Source of the DNA: an uncultured Solibacteraceae bacterium | GTDB lineage: Bacteria > Acidobacteriota > Terriglobia > 20CM-2-55-15 | DNA: 64,000 nt | NCBI GenBank assembly: GCA_964584785.1 | Contig: CAZPBY010000011.1 | Coordinates: 65,877-129,876, forward strand | Reading direction: 5' to 3' | In this document: positions 8,582-17,202 of the stretch, one piece after another | How the letters are laid out: every line of letters begins with the position of its first letter | How positions within the stretch are numbered: the first letter of the stretch is position 1 | Position numbers and translations under genes: made by a program | Notes under the pieces: generated by a model | Told to the model about the DNA's origin: nothing | Database searches by the model: none | Seen by the model: the letters and a program-made list of their open reading frames with translations, nothing else

Positions 8582-10072
8582 ATCTTCGTGCCGGCGCTTG
8601 TAGATGACCGCCTGATGGTCTGAGTAAGCGCGCTCCCACCGGGAAGACTTCGACAGATAGTAGGCCAGAGGTGTGCCTGCCGGATAGATCACATACCCGA
8701 TACTGTACTTATCGAGCAGGTCATCCGTGTTCTGAAACGTCGAGATTGAAAAGTAATCGGCCAATACTCCGTTGTACTCGAAAATGTCCGTCCGCGTGTC
8801 GATGAACGTGGGGATTTCGGGAGCGAACCATTCGACGTATCCTCCCCATTCGTACTGGTTGAATATGTTTCCTGCGCCGTGATTGGCTTTCAGGTAATTC
8901 GTCGCGGATGCCGGAAAGAACGCGTTCACCTGGGCGGTGAGAGTTTGCTCCGCCGGAAAAGCCAGTACCATCGCCAGCGCGATGATGCCGAGGATCGAGG
9001 CGTTGACGATCCTTCGCTCGTTCGAAGGATCGTAGGAACTCAAGCGAGGAAGATGGCGCACCAGAAGCGGCGGCAGGACAATCCCGGTCATCACCAGGAA
9101 ACGAATGTGGGTCAGGCCGCAAAACACCACGAACGCCGTGAGCACTGCGTCGTCGATCCGCCATCGCCCCTTCGGGAACAACGCCGCCGCGAAAACCGCC
9201 GCCAGCGTCACGAGGGCATAAGCACCGAGCCGATCATTGAAATTGATGGAAGCCCACTCGCTGCCGATCGCGACGTTGAATTTCTGGCTGAGCATCAGAT
9301 CGAAGGGATACCGTACGAGCCGCCATCCATACGGATTGACAAAGAGTGCGGCAATCGAGGCCGCAAACACGCTCAGCATCCGTCGGATTTCGGCGGAGGT
9401 CCAGGGCGACGAAGTGAGGCGTCCTTCATACCTCGGGATCAACCCGGAGCCGAAGATCAGTCCGAATATCACCATTCCCATCGGCCAACCACCATGCAAA
9501 TTGATCCACAACGTGAACAGCGGTGGTATCAGCCACAGCGGGGCGTTTCTCGTATCCCTGAACCGCAGCAGGATTGCGAAGAGTGCCACAAAGCAGAGCC
9601 AGCCGAAGTTTTGGGCGCGAGGCGTAAAGCCGACCCCGGCCAGCAAGCCTCCGAACACAGCGGCGAGTCCGGCTACCAACGGGTCCGCGGCTCGTTTGAC
9701 GCACAACTGGAAGATCGCTATGCCAATCACTGCCACGCTAATAGCAAAGATCACAAATACGCCGCGCATCCCAAGGGTCTGATAGCCGGCATGGTAGATG
9801 AGTTCCGAAAGCCACGAATGGTCGACCCAGGCGGCGCCGGCGGCGGTGAAGGAATATGAATCGACGTTCGGCAGCCGGAAGTTGGAAACGATGTATCGAG
9901 CGTTGCGAAGATGCCACCACAGGTCGGTGTCGACCAGATTACCGCGGCATGTCCAGAATGCTTTGGCTGCGATGATGGCCATGAGGACCGTCGGGAAAGT
10001 GAAGAATCCGCCGTGTACTGGCCTCGTCAGCCGATCGGCTTTTGGAGTCTCCATAATAGGTCCGTGCAGCAT
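8564..10072 (-). CDS. Polytopic membrane protein, same unassigned 'DxWWH' family as 5345..6862
   Basis: Clear paralogy with 5345..6862 along its whole length. Convergent with the GT39-like gene, with 18-bp 3' overlap. Confidence 0.55.
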   Translation of the reverse strand: MLHGPIMETPKADRLTRPVHGGFFTFPTVLMAIIAAKAFWTCRGNLVDTDLWWHLRNARYIVSNFRLPNVDSYSFTAAGAAWVDHSWLSELIYHAGYQTLGMRGVFVIFAISVAVIGIAIFQLCVKRAADPLVAGLAAVFGGLLAGVGFTPRAQNFGWLCFVALFAILLRFRDTRNAPLWLIPPLFTLWINLHGGWPMGMVIFGLIFGSGLIPRYEGRLTSSPWTSAEIRRMLSVFAASIAALFVNPYGWRLVRYPFDLMLSQKFNVAIGSEWASINFNDRLGAYALVTLAAVFAAALFPKGRWRIDDAVLTAFVVFCGLTHIRFLVMTGIVLPPLLVRHLPRLSSYDPSNERRIVNASILGIIALAMVLAFPAEQTLTAQVNAFFPASATNYLKANHGAGNIFNQYEWGGYVEWFAPEIPTFIDTRTDIFEYNGVLADYFSISTFQNTDDLLDKYSIGYVIYPAGTPLAYYLSKSSRWERAYSDHQAVIYKRRHEDSLQVR

Positions 10073-10088
10073 AGTCTTTCAGTACAAA

Positions 10089-11456
10089 CTAAATCAGTTT
10101 CTTGTATCGGAATACTGCGGGAATCAAAGAATCCAGCCGTGACTGGCTGGGATACAGCTGGAATAATTCGAAACAAGTCCGAGAACCATTCGCCTCGGCG
10201 TGGACGTAGCATTCCAGCACCATCTTCTTGTGCTCCGTCACGTAATCGGCCGCACTCCAAATGCTCCGGTCTTGCGCAACCGTACTGAAGAGAAGATAGC
10301 CCAGCATCGCCGTTTTGAAGTAACTTCCATACCGAAGATCCGAAAAGACAAAGAACAGCCCGACCGGCACAAGCATCGTGTAGCTGACATATCGCGAAGA
10401 AAGAGCCTGATTGGCGCCAAATGAGGATCGGCCCAGGGTTATCAGCAAGGCGAACATCACTCCGTAGCCGACAAGAAACGTTCCTGTAAGCGCATTTCGC
10501 CGATCGCTGGAGCGAAGGCCGGCAACTCCAATCGTTCCGGCGAGCAGCGTTGCCAACACCAGCACAAAAGCAAGTGGAGTCGTTGCCGGACCCGGCGAGA
10601 ATATTCCAGCGCCTAGCGCGAAAAACCCCTTACTGATCGCCGCCATGAAATAAACAACCATGTTTGCGGAAAGCCGGGAAGCCGGGCTGACCTGGAAGTC
10701 CCGGGCAAATCCCACGAAATAAGACGCAATGATCAGTGTGTTGGCGGCGGTGAAAGCGATCCATTGAGGAGTAGCCTGTTTTTCCTCGCGGTGTTCGAAT
10801 ACCAGGAACAGCGCCGTTATGAACGGTAGCAGCAGACCATGAAGACTCGAATATGCACTCAGAAGAGAAAGGACAGTAAGAGCGACGTTTCGCCGCGTGC
10901 GCAGATTCCCTGGGCAAAGGTTCACGACGAGAAGCCACAAGACCGCGAACCACAGCGGCAAGATGAACATGAGTTGGAAGCCCCAGATGAGGTTTTCCAT
11001 CTGAAGTATGTTGAGGACCGTCAGAGGTATGACAAGGTCCAGAACAGAAATCCTTCCGGCGGTCTTGTACCTCAGCAGAACGAGACCTGCCGCGGCAGCG
11101 AAAATAAGAGTGGCTGTCACGTAGATCTCGACGGTCTGGCTCCAGTTCGTTAACCTGGCCAGCCCTTTCATCAAAAGCAAACCGACACCGATTCGATGCT
11201 CGTCATGCTGCGATAGAAGGAGTTCCTTTAGTGAGGCGTTGCCGATTAAAAGACTGCCGACATCCCACTCATCCCAGAAAGGGACATTGACCGCGTTGCT
11301 CACGACGAAGCGGAAGAAGTGGCGGCAAATGACGCAGGCGCCCAGCGCGAAGAGCACCAACTGTGCTTTAGTCGACAACAACAGGTGTGCCGGCGACCTT
11401 CTGGTGTTATGCCATTCCATTCGGCAACTCGGAGTGCAGCCGGACCTGAAAGACAA
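10089..11456 (-). CDS. Polytopic integral membrane protein, possible GT-C glycosyltransferase
   Basis: At least 10 predicted TM helices. Acidic loop motif FWDEWD near the N-terminus. No recognisable soluble domain. It lies within a cluster of GT-C genes. Confidence 0.4.
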   Translation of the reverse strand: MSFRSGCTPSCRMEWHNTRRSPAHLLLSTKAQLVLFALGACVICRHFFRFVVSNAVNVPFWDEWDVGSLLIGNASLKELLLSQHDEHRIGVGLLLMKGLARLTNWSQTVEIYVTATLIFAAAAGLVLLRYKTAGRISVLDLVIPLTVLNILQMENLIWGFQLMFILPLWFAVLWLLVVNLCPGNLRTRRNVALTVLSLLSAYSSLHGLLLPFITALFLVFEHREEKQATPQWIAFTAANTLIIASYFVGFARDFQVSPASRLSANMVVYFMAAISKGFFALGAGIFSPGPATTPLAFVLVLATLLAGTIGVAGLRSSDRRNALTGTFLVGYGVMFALLITLGRSSFGANQALSSRYVSYTMLVPVGLFFVFSDLRYGSYFKTAMLGYLLFSTVAQDRSIWSAADYVTEHKKMVLECYVHAEANGSRTCFELFQLYPSQSRLDSLIPAVFRYKKLI

Positions 11457-12654
11457 GGAACGTCAGTATGGGTAGTGACACCAGGAAGAAATGAGAAGGC
11501 ATCACAAACAACAAGAACGGAGCGGCAAGCATCCCGACACACGTCAACACCATGAAAAAGGGGAAGCGGTTCAGGATGTAGTCGCCCGCTATCAAGCGAT
11601 TCAAGAGAATCGCGACCGGAATCACCAGGTAACAGACGTCATGAACGAACGCATAGTAGCTGACCGTCACACTCACCGTGATCGCAACAAGGAACGCGGT
11701 GCCCGAAGACGCCTTGCGCAATGCCGGCCGTGTCGCGACAACCATCAAAGTGAGCATCGATGCGGTAGCGATGGCAATTTGTATCCATGTTTCCGGCCAA
11801 CGGCCATTCGCTAGCCCAAAGATGAGTCCGCGCAGATTGGCCATGAGTGTGACATCGAGAGGAAATCCTCCGCCTGCGCCGACGGAAAACAACGACCGCG
11901 CAAAGATAACGGCTTTGGCAGGACCGATCACCATCAGGGAAACTACAAGAGCAGCCCCAGTCGACATAGCGAAGCCTGAAAGGAATCGCCAGCGTCGCCA
12001 GACCAGAAACAGTAAGGCAATCGGGCCGACAATTTGAGGCTTGAATGCGCCAAGTCCGACGAGCAGGCCCGCCGGGAGATCCTTGCCGTCATCCAGGTAG
12101 ACGAAAGCGGACGCCAGAAGCGCCAGTAGAATGACGGAATCCTGTCCTTGAATCAGGGCCACGCAGACCGGCAGGAATGCCGGAAACAGCAGTGCAGGCA
12201 ACCATCTCCAGCAACGAGCAATCTCAGCGAGCTTCGACCTGAGGACGTGTACCGTCAGGCCGAGCACAACAAAATTGATGCCCAGAAACATCAGGTAAGC
12301 GGCGCGATAATTCAGCAGTGAGAGCGGAACGAACAGAAGCGCCTGGTACGCCGGCCTGATGAATGGGAGCGCACCCTGTTCCACACTAACGACAGCATTT
12401 TGGAAGTGCCACTGCGATTCATAGTTATACAACTCGCTGGAGTGGCCCGTGCGCACCATGTACCCGGCTGTGTAGAGTTGACGGAAATCCGCGTGGCCGC
12501 TCAAGGCCGTAGGCAAAAAGGCGAGCAACACCAGCATTTGAAAACTGGCGAGAAGAGGAACCAGCGCCAAAGTGGCGTCCTTCGTCAGCTTGGGCAAGTC
12601 CAGTTGATCGAGCCACGAACGCAAATGGCCCTGGAAGTCGTTTCGCATTGTCAT
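11407..12654 (-). CDS. DUF2029 / GT87-like (PimE-type) polyprenol-phosphate-mannose-dependent glycosyltransferase
   Basis: The N-terminal loop (ADFRQLYTAGYMVRTGHSSELYNYE) matches the DF..Y…G…LY signature of DUF2029/GT87. Multi-TM. Paralog of 12745..14022. Confidence 0.55.
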   Translation of the reverse strand: MTMRNDFQGHLRSWLDQLDLPKLTKDATLALVPLLASFQMLVLLAFLPTALSGHADFRQLYTAGYMVRTGHSSELYNYESQWHFQNAVVSVEQGALPFIRPAYQALLFVPLSLLNYRAAYLMFLGINFVVLGLTVHVLRSKLAEIARCWRWLPALLFPAFLPVCVALIQGQDSVILLALLASAFVYLDDGKDLPAGLLVGLGAFKPQIVGPIALLFLVWRRWRFLSGFAMSTGAALVVSLMVIGPAKAVIFARSLFSVGAGGGFPLDVTLMANLRGLIFGLANGRWPETWIQIAIATASMLTLMVVATRPALRKASSGTAFLVAITVSVTVSYYAFVHDVCYLVIPVAILLNRLIAGDYILNRFPFFMVLTCVGMLAAPFLLFVMPSHFFLVSLPILTFLVFQVRLHSELPNGMA

Positions 12655-12744
12655 TCCTCGATCCGTCTCGGAATAGCGCCATCCGGCAGCCGCACGGTTG
12701 CCGGGTAATTCGCGCGGGGGCAGATGTTAATCTAAGGGCTTTTC

Positions 12745-14022
12745 TCAGGCAATCGTTTGTTTATCGGCACTACTATTCCCGGAAAGGTGGACGGCGGCGA
12801 TCGCGAATGTAATCAGTATGGGACACATGACGTACATGTGCAGCCCCTTCAGACCTATCGCGACAATGGGAACGCCGAATAACAGCAAACTACTCGCACT
12901 AAGCGCTGTTCTCCACCACCCCTGTCCAAACCTGAAATCCGGGCAACCGAGGACTAGAAGAACGGCGAGCAGCATCAGGCTCAGGTCGTGGTAAAGCGAA
13001 TGAAAACCAGTGACGATCGATACTGCGAGTGCTGCGGCAAAGAGCAATTCCGGTCGCCCCCCGCTTCCGAGATCCTGGCGGCGCCAAACCCAGGCTACAA
13101 ACGCGATTAGTGAAATTGCAGTTAGCGCAGAAAGCAGAGTAATCCACGATGGAGCGATTCGACCGCTGAGGACGACCTGGAAGAAGCTGTTTACGGACAT
13201 CATGTGGAAAGCAGGAACAATGCCGTTATACGGATGGGCCGGGTTCGTCGCGATTCCAAAGAGCAGCTGGACGTAGGAACGCACGCCATCGACGCCTACA
13301 GCGACAATGGATATCACTCCGAGAATCATTGCCATGGTGGCTAGTCCGGCAAGGGTTGCCCACTTCCGGCGCACCAGGTAAATCAAGGCAAACGGCACAA
13401 CAAGTTGAAACCGAAAGAGCCCAAGCCCCAGAAACAGACCCGCGCGATAATCACGTCCTGCTTTGACGCTCAGGTAGACCAGCGAGTACAGCACAAGCAA
13501 CACGATCGAGGTCTGACCCTGGAGAAATGCGACCCACACCGGCAGGTAGGCAAAACAAAGTATCAGGTACTGGAAGGTTGGGGTTGGAACTGGGGCAAAT
13601 GGGCGAATGGCCCAACAAAACCAAAGCCAAAGCAGGATGTCGATAAGACCCCATAGAAAGTAGGCTTGGAAATACGACATCCAGGCGAAAGGCATGACGA
13701 AGAGAGCTTCAAACGGCGGGTGAATCACAGGCAGCAGCCCGGAAATGTGAAAGACTTCCTTCTCGGCGTTCATCTGCTCCTGGAAATCGTACAGATGGGC
13801 AGCATCGCCATGACGCATGATCCAGGCTGCGATGTACATGCTGTTGAAATCATTTCGGGCCGCTTCGCGGGATACGACTTCAAATCCAAGTACTGCCAGA
13901 AGCAACAGGACAGTGACGGCAACGCCGATTCGAACGTCCCGTACCGATGTCTGGCCGCCATCTGACATTTTGCTGGTGACTCCGCCTCGCCAGGCCGGAT
14001 CGTAACACGCCAAAGGACCCAC
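12745..14022 (-). CDS. DUF2029 / GT87-like membrane glycosyltransferase (paralog)
   Basis: NDFNSMYIAAWIMRHGDAAHLYDF is the same signature as in the neighbouring paralog. Multi-TM. Confidence 0.55.
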   Translation of the reverse strand: MGPLACYDPAWRGGVTSKMSDGGQTSVRDVRIGVAVTVLLLLAVLGFEVVSREAARNDFNSMYIAAWIMRHGDAAHLYDFQEQMNAEKEVFHISGLLPVIHPPFEALFVMPFAWMSYFQAYFLWGLIDILLWLWFCWAIRPFAPVPTPTFQYLILCFAYLPVWVAFLQGQTSIVLLVLYSLVYLSVKAGRDYRAGLFLGLGLFRFQLVVPFALIYLVRRKWATLAGLATMAMILGVISIVAVGVDGVRSYVQLLFGIATNPAHPYNGIVPAFHMMSVNSFFQVVLSGRIAPSWITLLSALTAISLIAFVAWVWRRQDLGSGGRPELLFAAALAVSIVTGFHSLYHDLSLMLLAVLLVLGCPDFRFGQGWWRTALSASSLLLFGVPIVAIGLKGLHMYVMCPILITFAIAAVHLSGNSSADKQTIA

Positions 14023-14095
14023 GGGTGCCAGGTAGACGGAAGAATTCCACTTGTGCCGGCATGCCTAGTGTTTATTATCGGGCCGGGGGATTTGT

Positions 14096-14704
14096 GTGAG
14101 TAGATCGCAAAATAACGGCAATGGGTTTCGAGATTATTACGAAGTCCTTCAACTAAGTCCGAACGCGGACGCCGACACCATCAGCCGGGTCTATCGCATT
14201 CTGGTCAAGCGATATCACCCGGACAATCAGACGTCTGCCAACGAAAAGAAATTTGCGGAAGTTCTCGAAGCGTACCGTGTCCTGTCCGATGAAGAAAAAC
14301 GCACCGCTTATGACCTCGTTTACGAGGAGAATCGGGCTGCATTGCTGAAGATCTTCGACGAGGCGTCGGGGACAAGCAGCTTTGAATCTGATAAACGCAT
14401 TCTGGACGGCATTTTGTCGCTGCTTTACGTTGCGCGCCGCAGGGACCCGGTAAAGGGTACGATGGGTACGATCCAAATCGAACGGCTGCTCGGATGTCCG
14501 GCCGAGCATCTCGAATTTCATATCTGGTACCTGGTGGAAAAGAAGTGGATTGAGCGTCAAAGCAACGGAATGTTCGCCATCACGGCTGCCGGCCTGGACC
14601 ATATGGTCGAGGAAGACTCGCTGATCGTCCGTCGCAACCGGCTCCTCGCGGAGAAGTCCTCGTCTGCGAGCGAGGGCAGGGTCAAAGAGATCGAAAAAAC
14701 CTGA
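14096..14704 (+). CDS. J-domain (DnaJ-like) protein with C-terminal winged-helix-like domain
   Basis: N-terminal J domain with an HPD motif (DYYEVLQLSPNADADTISRVYRILVKRYHPDN). The C-terminal half (…LEFHIWYLVEKKWIERQSNGMFAITAAGLDHMVEE) resembles a winged HTH. Confidence 0.7.
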   Translation: MSRSQNNGNGFRDYYEVLQLSPNADADTISRVYRILVKRYHPDNQTSANEKKFAEVLEAYRVLSDEEKRTAYDLVYEENRAALLKIFDEASGTSSFESDKRILDGILSLLYVARRRDPVKGTMGTIQIERLLGCPAEHLEFHIWYLVEKKWIERQSNGMFAITAAGLDHMVEEDSLIVRRNRLLAEKSSSASEGRVKEIEKT

Positions 14705-14779
14705 CGCCTATCGCCTGAAGACCGCGTATTTCCTATTGCCAAAAGCGTGTCTCTCTGGTTGAATCACGATCGGCCAGCC

Positions 14780-14798
14780 CGGAATCGGATTCCGGGTT
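14780..14798 (+). terminator. Perfect 9-bp-arm hairpin (cccggaatc g gattccggg) followed by T-rich ttaggtt. Candidate terminator of the J-domain gene or an operator upstream of flp.
   Basis: Inverted repeat read directly from the sequence, 36 nt upstream of the flp1 start. Confidence 0.25.
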
Positions 14799-14834
14799 AG
14801 GTTAGCGAAACATCCCAAGGAATGAGGAGAAGTT

Positions 14835-15020
14835 ATGGCTAAGATGCAGCATTTATTTAACGCCCTCCACCAGGACGAAAGCGGCCAAGGATTGGTCGAA
14901 TACGTTCTCGTCATCGCGCTCATCGCACTCGGATCGGTTGCCACAATGTCCAGCGCCGCAAGCGCAATCGCCCAGGCGTTCGACAAGCTCGACAACAAGC
15001 TGGTCAGCGCACTGCCGTAA
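14835..15020 (+). CDS. flp: Flp-family type IVb/c prepilin (Tad pilus major pilin), copy 1
   Basis: 61 aa with the canonical Flp motif ESG|QGLVEYVLVIALIALG (G↓XXXXEY prepilin peptidase site). Good RBS (aggaga) 7 nt upstream. Confidence 0.85.
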   Translation: MAKMQHLFNALHQDESGQGLVEYVLVIALIALGSVATMSSAASAIAQAFDKLDNKLVSALP

Positions 15021-15282
15021 ATCAGCACCGGTTTTTGGCAAGCCCGCATAAGCGCCTATCGCCGCACCACTATCTTTCACTCCAACAGGAGCGGGTGCGG
15101 GTTTGCTTTTCTTCATCGTGCCTCTTGTCTAGTAACCCGGCGAGGTCCGCGCGCTGCAGGTTCGTAGTGTCTTACTAGATACTGTCATACTTATCACTTA
15201 GCCACCTGGTGGACACCATAGTGAGTAACGCCCATTTCACCTGCAGCGTCTACTAACTTAAGTGTATCCACCAACTTTTTAG

Positions 15283-15311
15283 TTGACTGCTTTTCGTCAT
15301 CGCACCTATAT
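15283..15311 (+). promoter_or_regulatory. Candidate sigma70-type promoter for flp2 (TTGACT-N17-TATATT) within an AT-rich spacer
   Basis: ttgactgcttttcgtcatcgcacctatatt sits about 140 nt upstream of the flp2 start. The surrounding roughly 260 bp is markedly AT-richer than the flanks. Confidence 0.2.
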
Positions 15312-15451
15312 TGTGCCCTGCCAATAGTTCCATTGTGTAGAACCATTCGGCAATTGCCAAATGTATATGGTTCTGCTCCAATGGCGGCGGGTTCATGGCA
15401 TTGACAGCCTAATGCTGCGAATACCGACATCCCAATGATTGAGGAGAGAGT

Positions 15452-15637
15452 ATGGCCAAGATGGATCGTTTACTGAATGACCTTCACACCGATGAAAGCG
15501 GTCAGGGGTTGGTCGAGTACGTGCTCGTAATCGCGTTAATCGCATTAGGGTCCGTTGCGACAATGTCCAGCGCCGCAAGTTCAATCGCGCAAGCGTTCAA
15601 TAAGCTCAACAACAAGCTCATTAGCGCCGTTCCGTAG
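15452..15637 (+). CDS. flp: Flp-family prepilin, copy 2
   Basis: 61 aa with DESG|QGLVEYVLVIALIALGSVATMSSAAS. The mature region differs from copy 1 at 5 residues and the leader differs more. Many synonymous DNA differences. Confidence 0.85.
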   Translation: MAKMDRLLNDLHTDESGQGLVEYVLVIALIALGSVATMSSAASSIAQAFNKLNNKLISAVP

Positions 15638-15765
15638 ACTGCTCCCAGCTTCATGTGCGTTTAAGAGATCGTGCCGGTGTCGAAAGGTGCCGGCCAGATC
15701 CTTATTCTACCCACATTTCTGGAAACGGGCCTGGTGTTAACCGGGCTTCATCTATCGGAGAACGA

Positions 15766-16279
15766 CGTGATCTTTGCTTTGGCGATCGCTGTGGTAGCCG
15801 CCGTCGCAGATTTGCGTACTAAGCGGATACCCAACTGGTTGACGTACGGAGGGATTATTAGCGCTTTAGCTGGGCGTCTAGTGATGCTGGGTTGGCCTGG
15901 CCTGAAAGACGGGCTGGAAGGCATGCTTCTCGGCTCTTCCGTTTTCCTGATTCTATTTGTGCTCGGCGGAATGGGCGGCGGTGACGTCAAACTGATGGCC
16001 GCTGTCGGCGCGTTTGCGGGAACAGCCTCGATCGCGCCGCTTTTGATCGCGACTGCAGTAGCAGGTGGTGTCATGGCGGTGGTCATGATGACACTTCGCG
16101 GTCGGATACTGATAACGCTGTGGAACAGTCTTGAACTAGCGCGTCATCACATGACGGCCGGGCTGCAGCCACACCCCGTATTGAATGTGCGTGAGTCTCA
16201 TTCGATGCGATTACCATTCGCGCCGGCTATCGCCGCTGGAGTTTTGTATTGTTTGAGCCAGACATTTCCGTGGAGGTGA
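15766..16279 (+). CDS. cpaA: Prepilin peptidase CpaA/TadV (A24 peptidase family)
   Basis: …AVADLRTKRIPNWLTYGG… and the GGGDVKLMAAVGAF motif. GTG start at 15766 preceded by ggag gives a typical roughly 170-aa CpaA. The longer ORF from 15671 is less likely. Confidence 0.7.
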
Positions 16280-16282
16280 TTC

Positions 16283-17200
16283 ATGGACCTGCGCCGCATA
16301 TTAATTGCATTCGCGCTATCCGCTGTCATATCGACAGCATTAACCGTACTGCTTGCGAAGAAGTTGCGTCCGAGTAGCTCGGGCCCCGCTGTCATCCAGG
16401 TGGTTGCAGCTTCGAAGCAGCTGGCGGCCGGTGTTCCGCTTACCGCACAGGATCTGACAACTATCTCGTGGCCGTCGAACATCCCATTGAACGGATCGGT
16501 TAACAAGACTGAAGACGTGATCGGACATCCACTCCGCGTTTCCGTCGATGCGATGCAGCCTATTTTGGACCGGGATCTCGCTGCGGCTGGATCCGGGTTC
16601 GGCCTCGCGGCAAGGATTCCTGCCGGGATGCGCGCCACCGCGGTTCGATCGAACGAGATCGTCGGCGTTGCAGGCTTTCTTTTTCCTGGTTCACGAGTGG
16701 ATGTGCTGGCGACGTACGCCTTGTCGAACGGCCCTCTGGCCGGTCTTCTGGGCGGAGGTTCGCAGACGTCCACGCAAACAGTACTGCAAAATGTAGAGGT
16801 CCTTACCGCCGGTACAGCCACGGAACCGGATCCGCAAGGACGACCGCAGACAGTCAATGTCGTCACACTATTGCTTACGCCTGAGGACTCACAAAAGCTG
16901 TTGCTCGCAAGTTCTCAGGGTTCCATTCAATTTGTACTGCGCAGCGGCGTGGATCGCGACAAGTTGACGATTCCACCAACTCGGATTAGCCAGTTGACCG
17001 ACGCCAGCAACGCTCCGCTTGCGGAGCAGCTGATGAATGCCGTGACACGAGCGCCGCGAGCGCAGGCACCAGCGCCTGCTCCTGCTCCGGCCCCCGTTGT
17101 TCAGGCGCCGCCGGCACCGAAAGCGCCGGAACCGTACGTCGTTGAAGTGATACAGGGCACACAGAGATCGACTCAGAAATTTGCAGGACCTGGTCAATAG
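16283..17200 (+). CDS. cpaB: Flp pilus assembly protein CpaB/RcpC
   Basis: N-terminal TM, SAF-like region, Pro/Ala-rich C-terminus. Position between cpaA and the secretin. Confidence 0.75.
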   Translation: MDLRRILIAFALSAVISTALTVLLAKKLRPSSSGPAVIQVVAASKQLAAGVPLTAQDLTTISWPSNIPLNGSVNKTEDVIGHPLRVSVDAMQPILDRDLAAAGSGFGLAARIPAGMRATAVRSNEIVGVAGFLFPGSRVDVLATYALSNGPLAGLLGGGSQTSTQTVLQNVEVLTAGTATEPDPQGRPQTVNVVTLLLTPEDSQKLLLASSQGSIQFVLRSGVDRDKLTIPPTRISQLTDASNAPLAEQLMNAVTRAPRAQAPAPAPAPAPVVQAPPAPKAPEPYVVEVIQGTQRSTQKFAGPGQ

Positions 17201-17202
17201 CC

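Noticed and set aside
15194-15430. 78-aa minus-strand ORF in the flp1-flp2 spacer
   Set aside because: AT-rich spacer with no RBS and no similarity. More plausibly promoter/UTR DNA for flp2.
15671-15765. N-terminal 32 codons of the cpaA ORF
   Set aside because: An internal GTG with a ggag RBS gives a canonical roughly 170-aa prepilin peptidase. The extension lacks a TM helix typical of the CpaA N-terminus.
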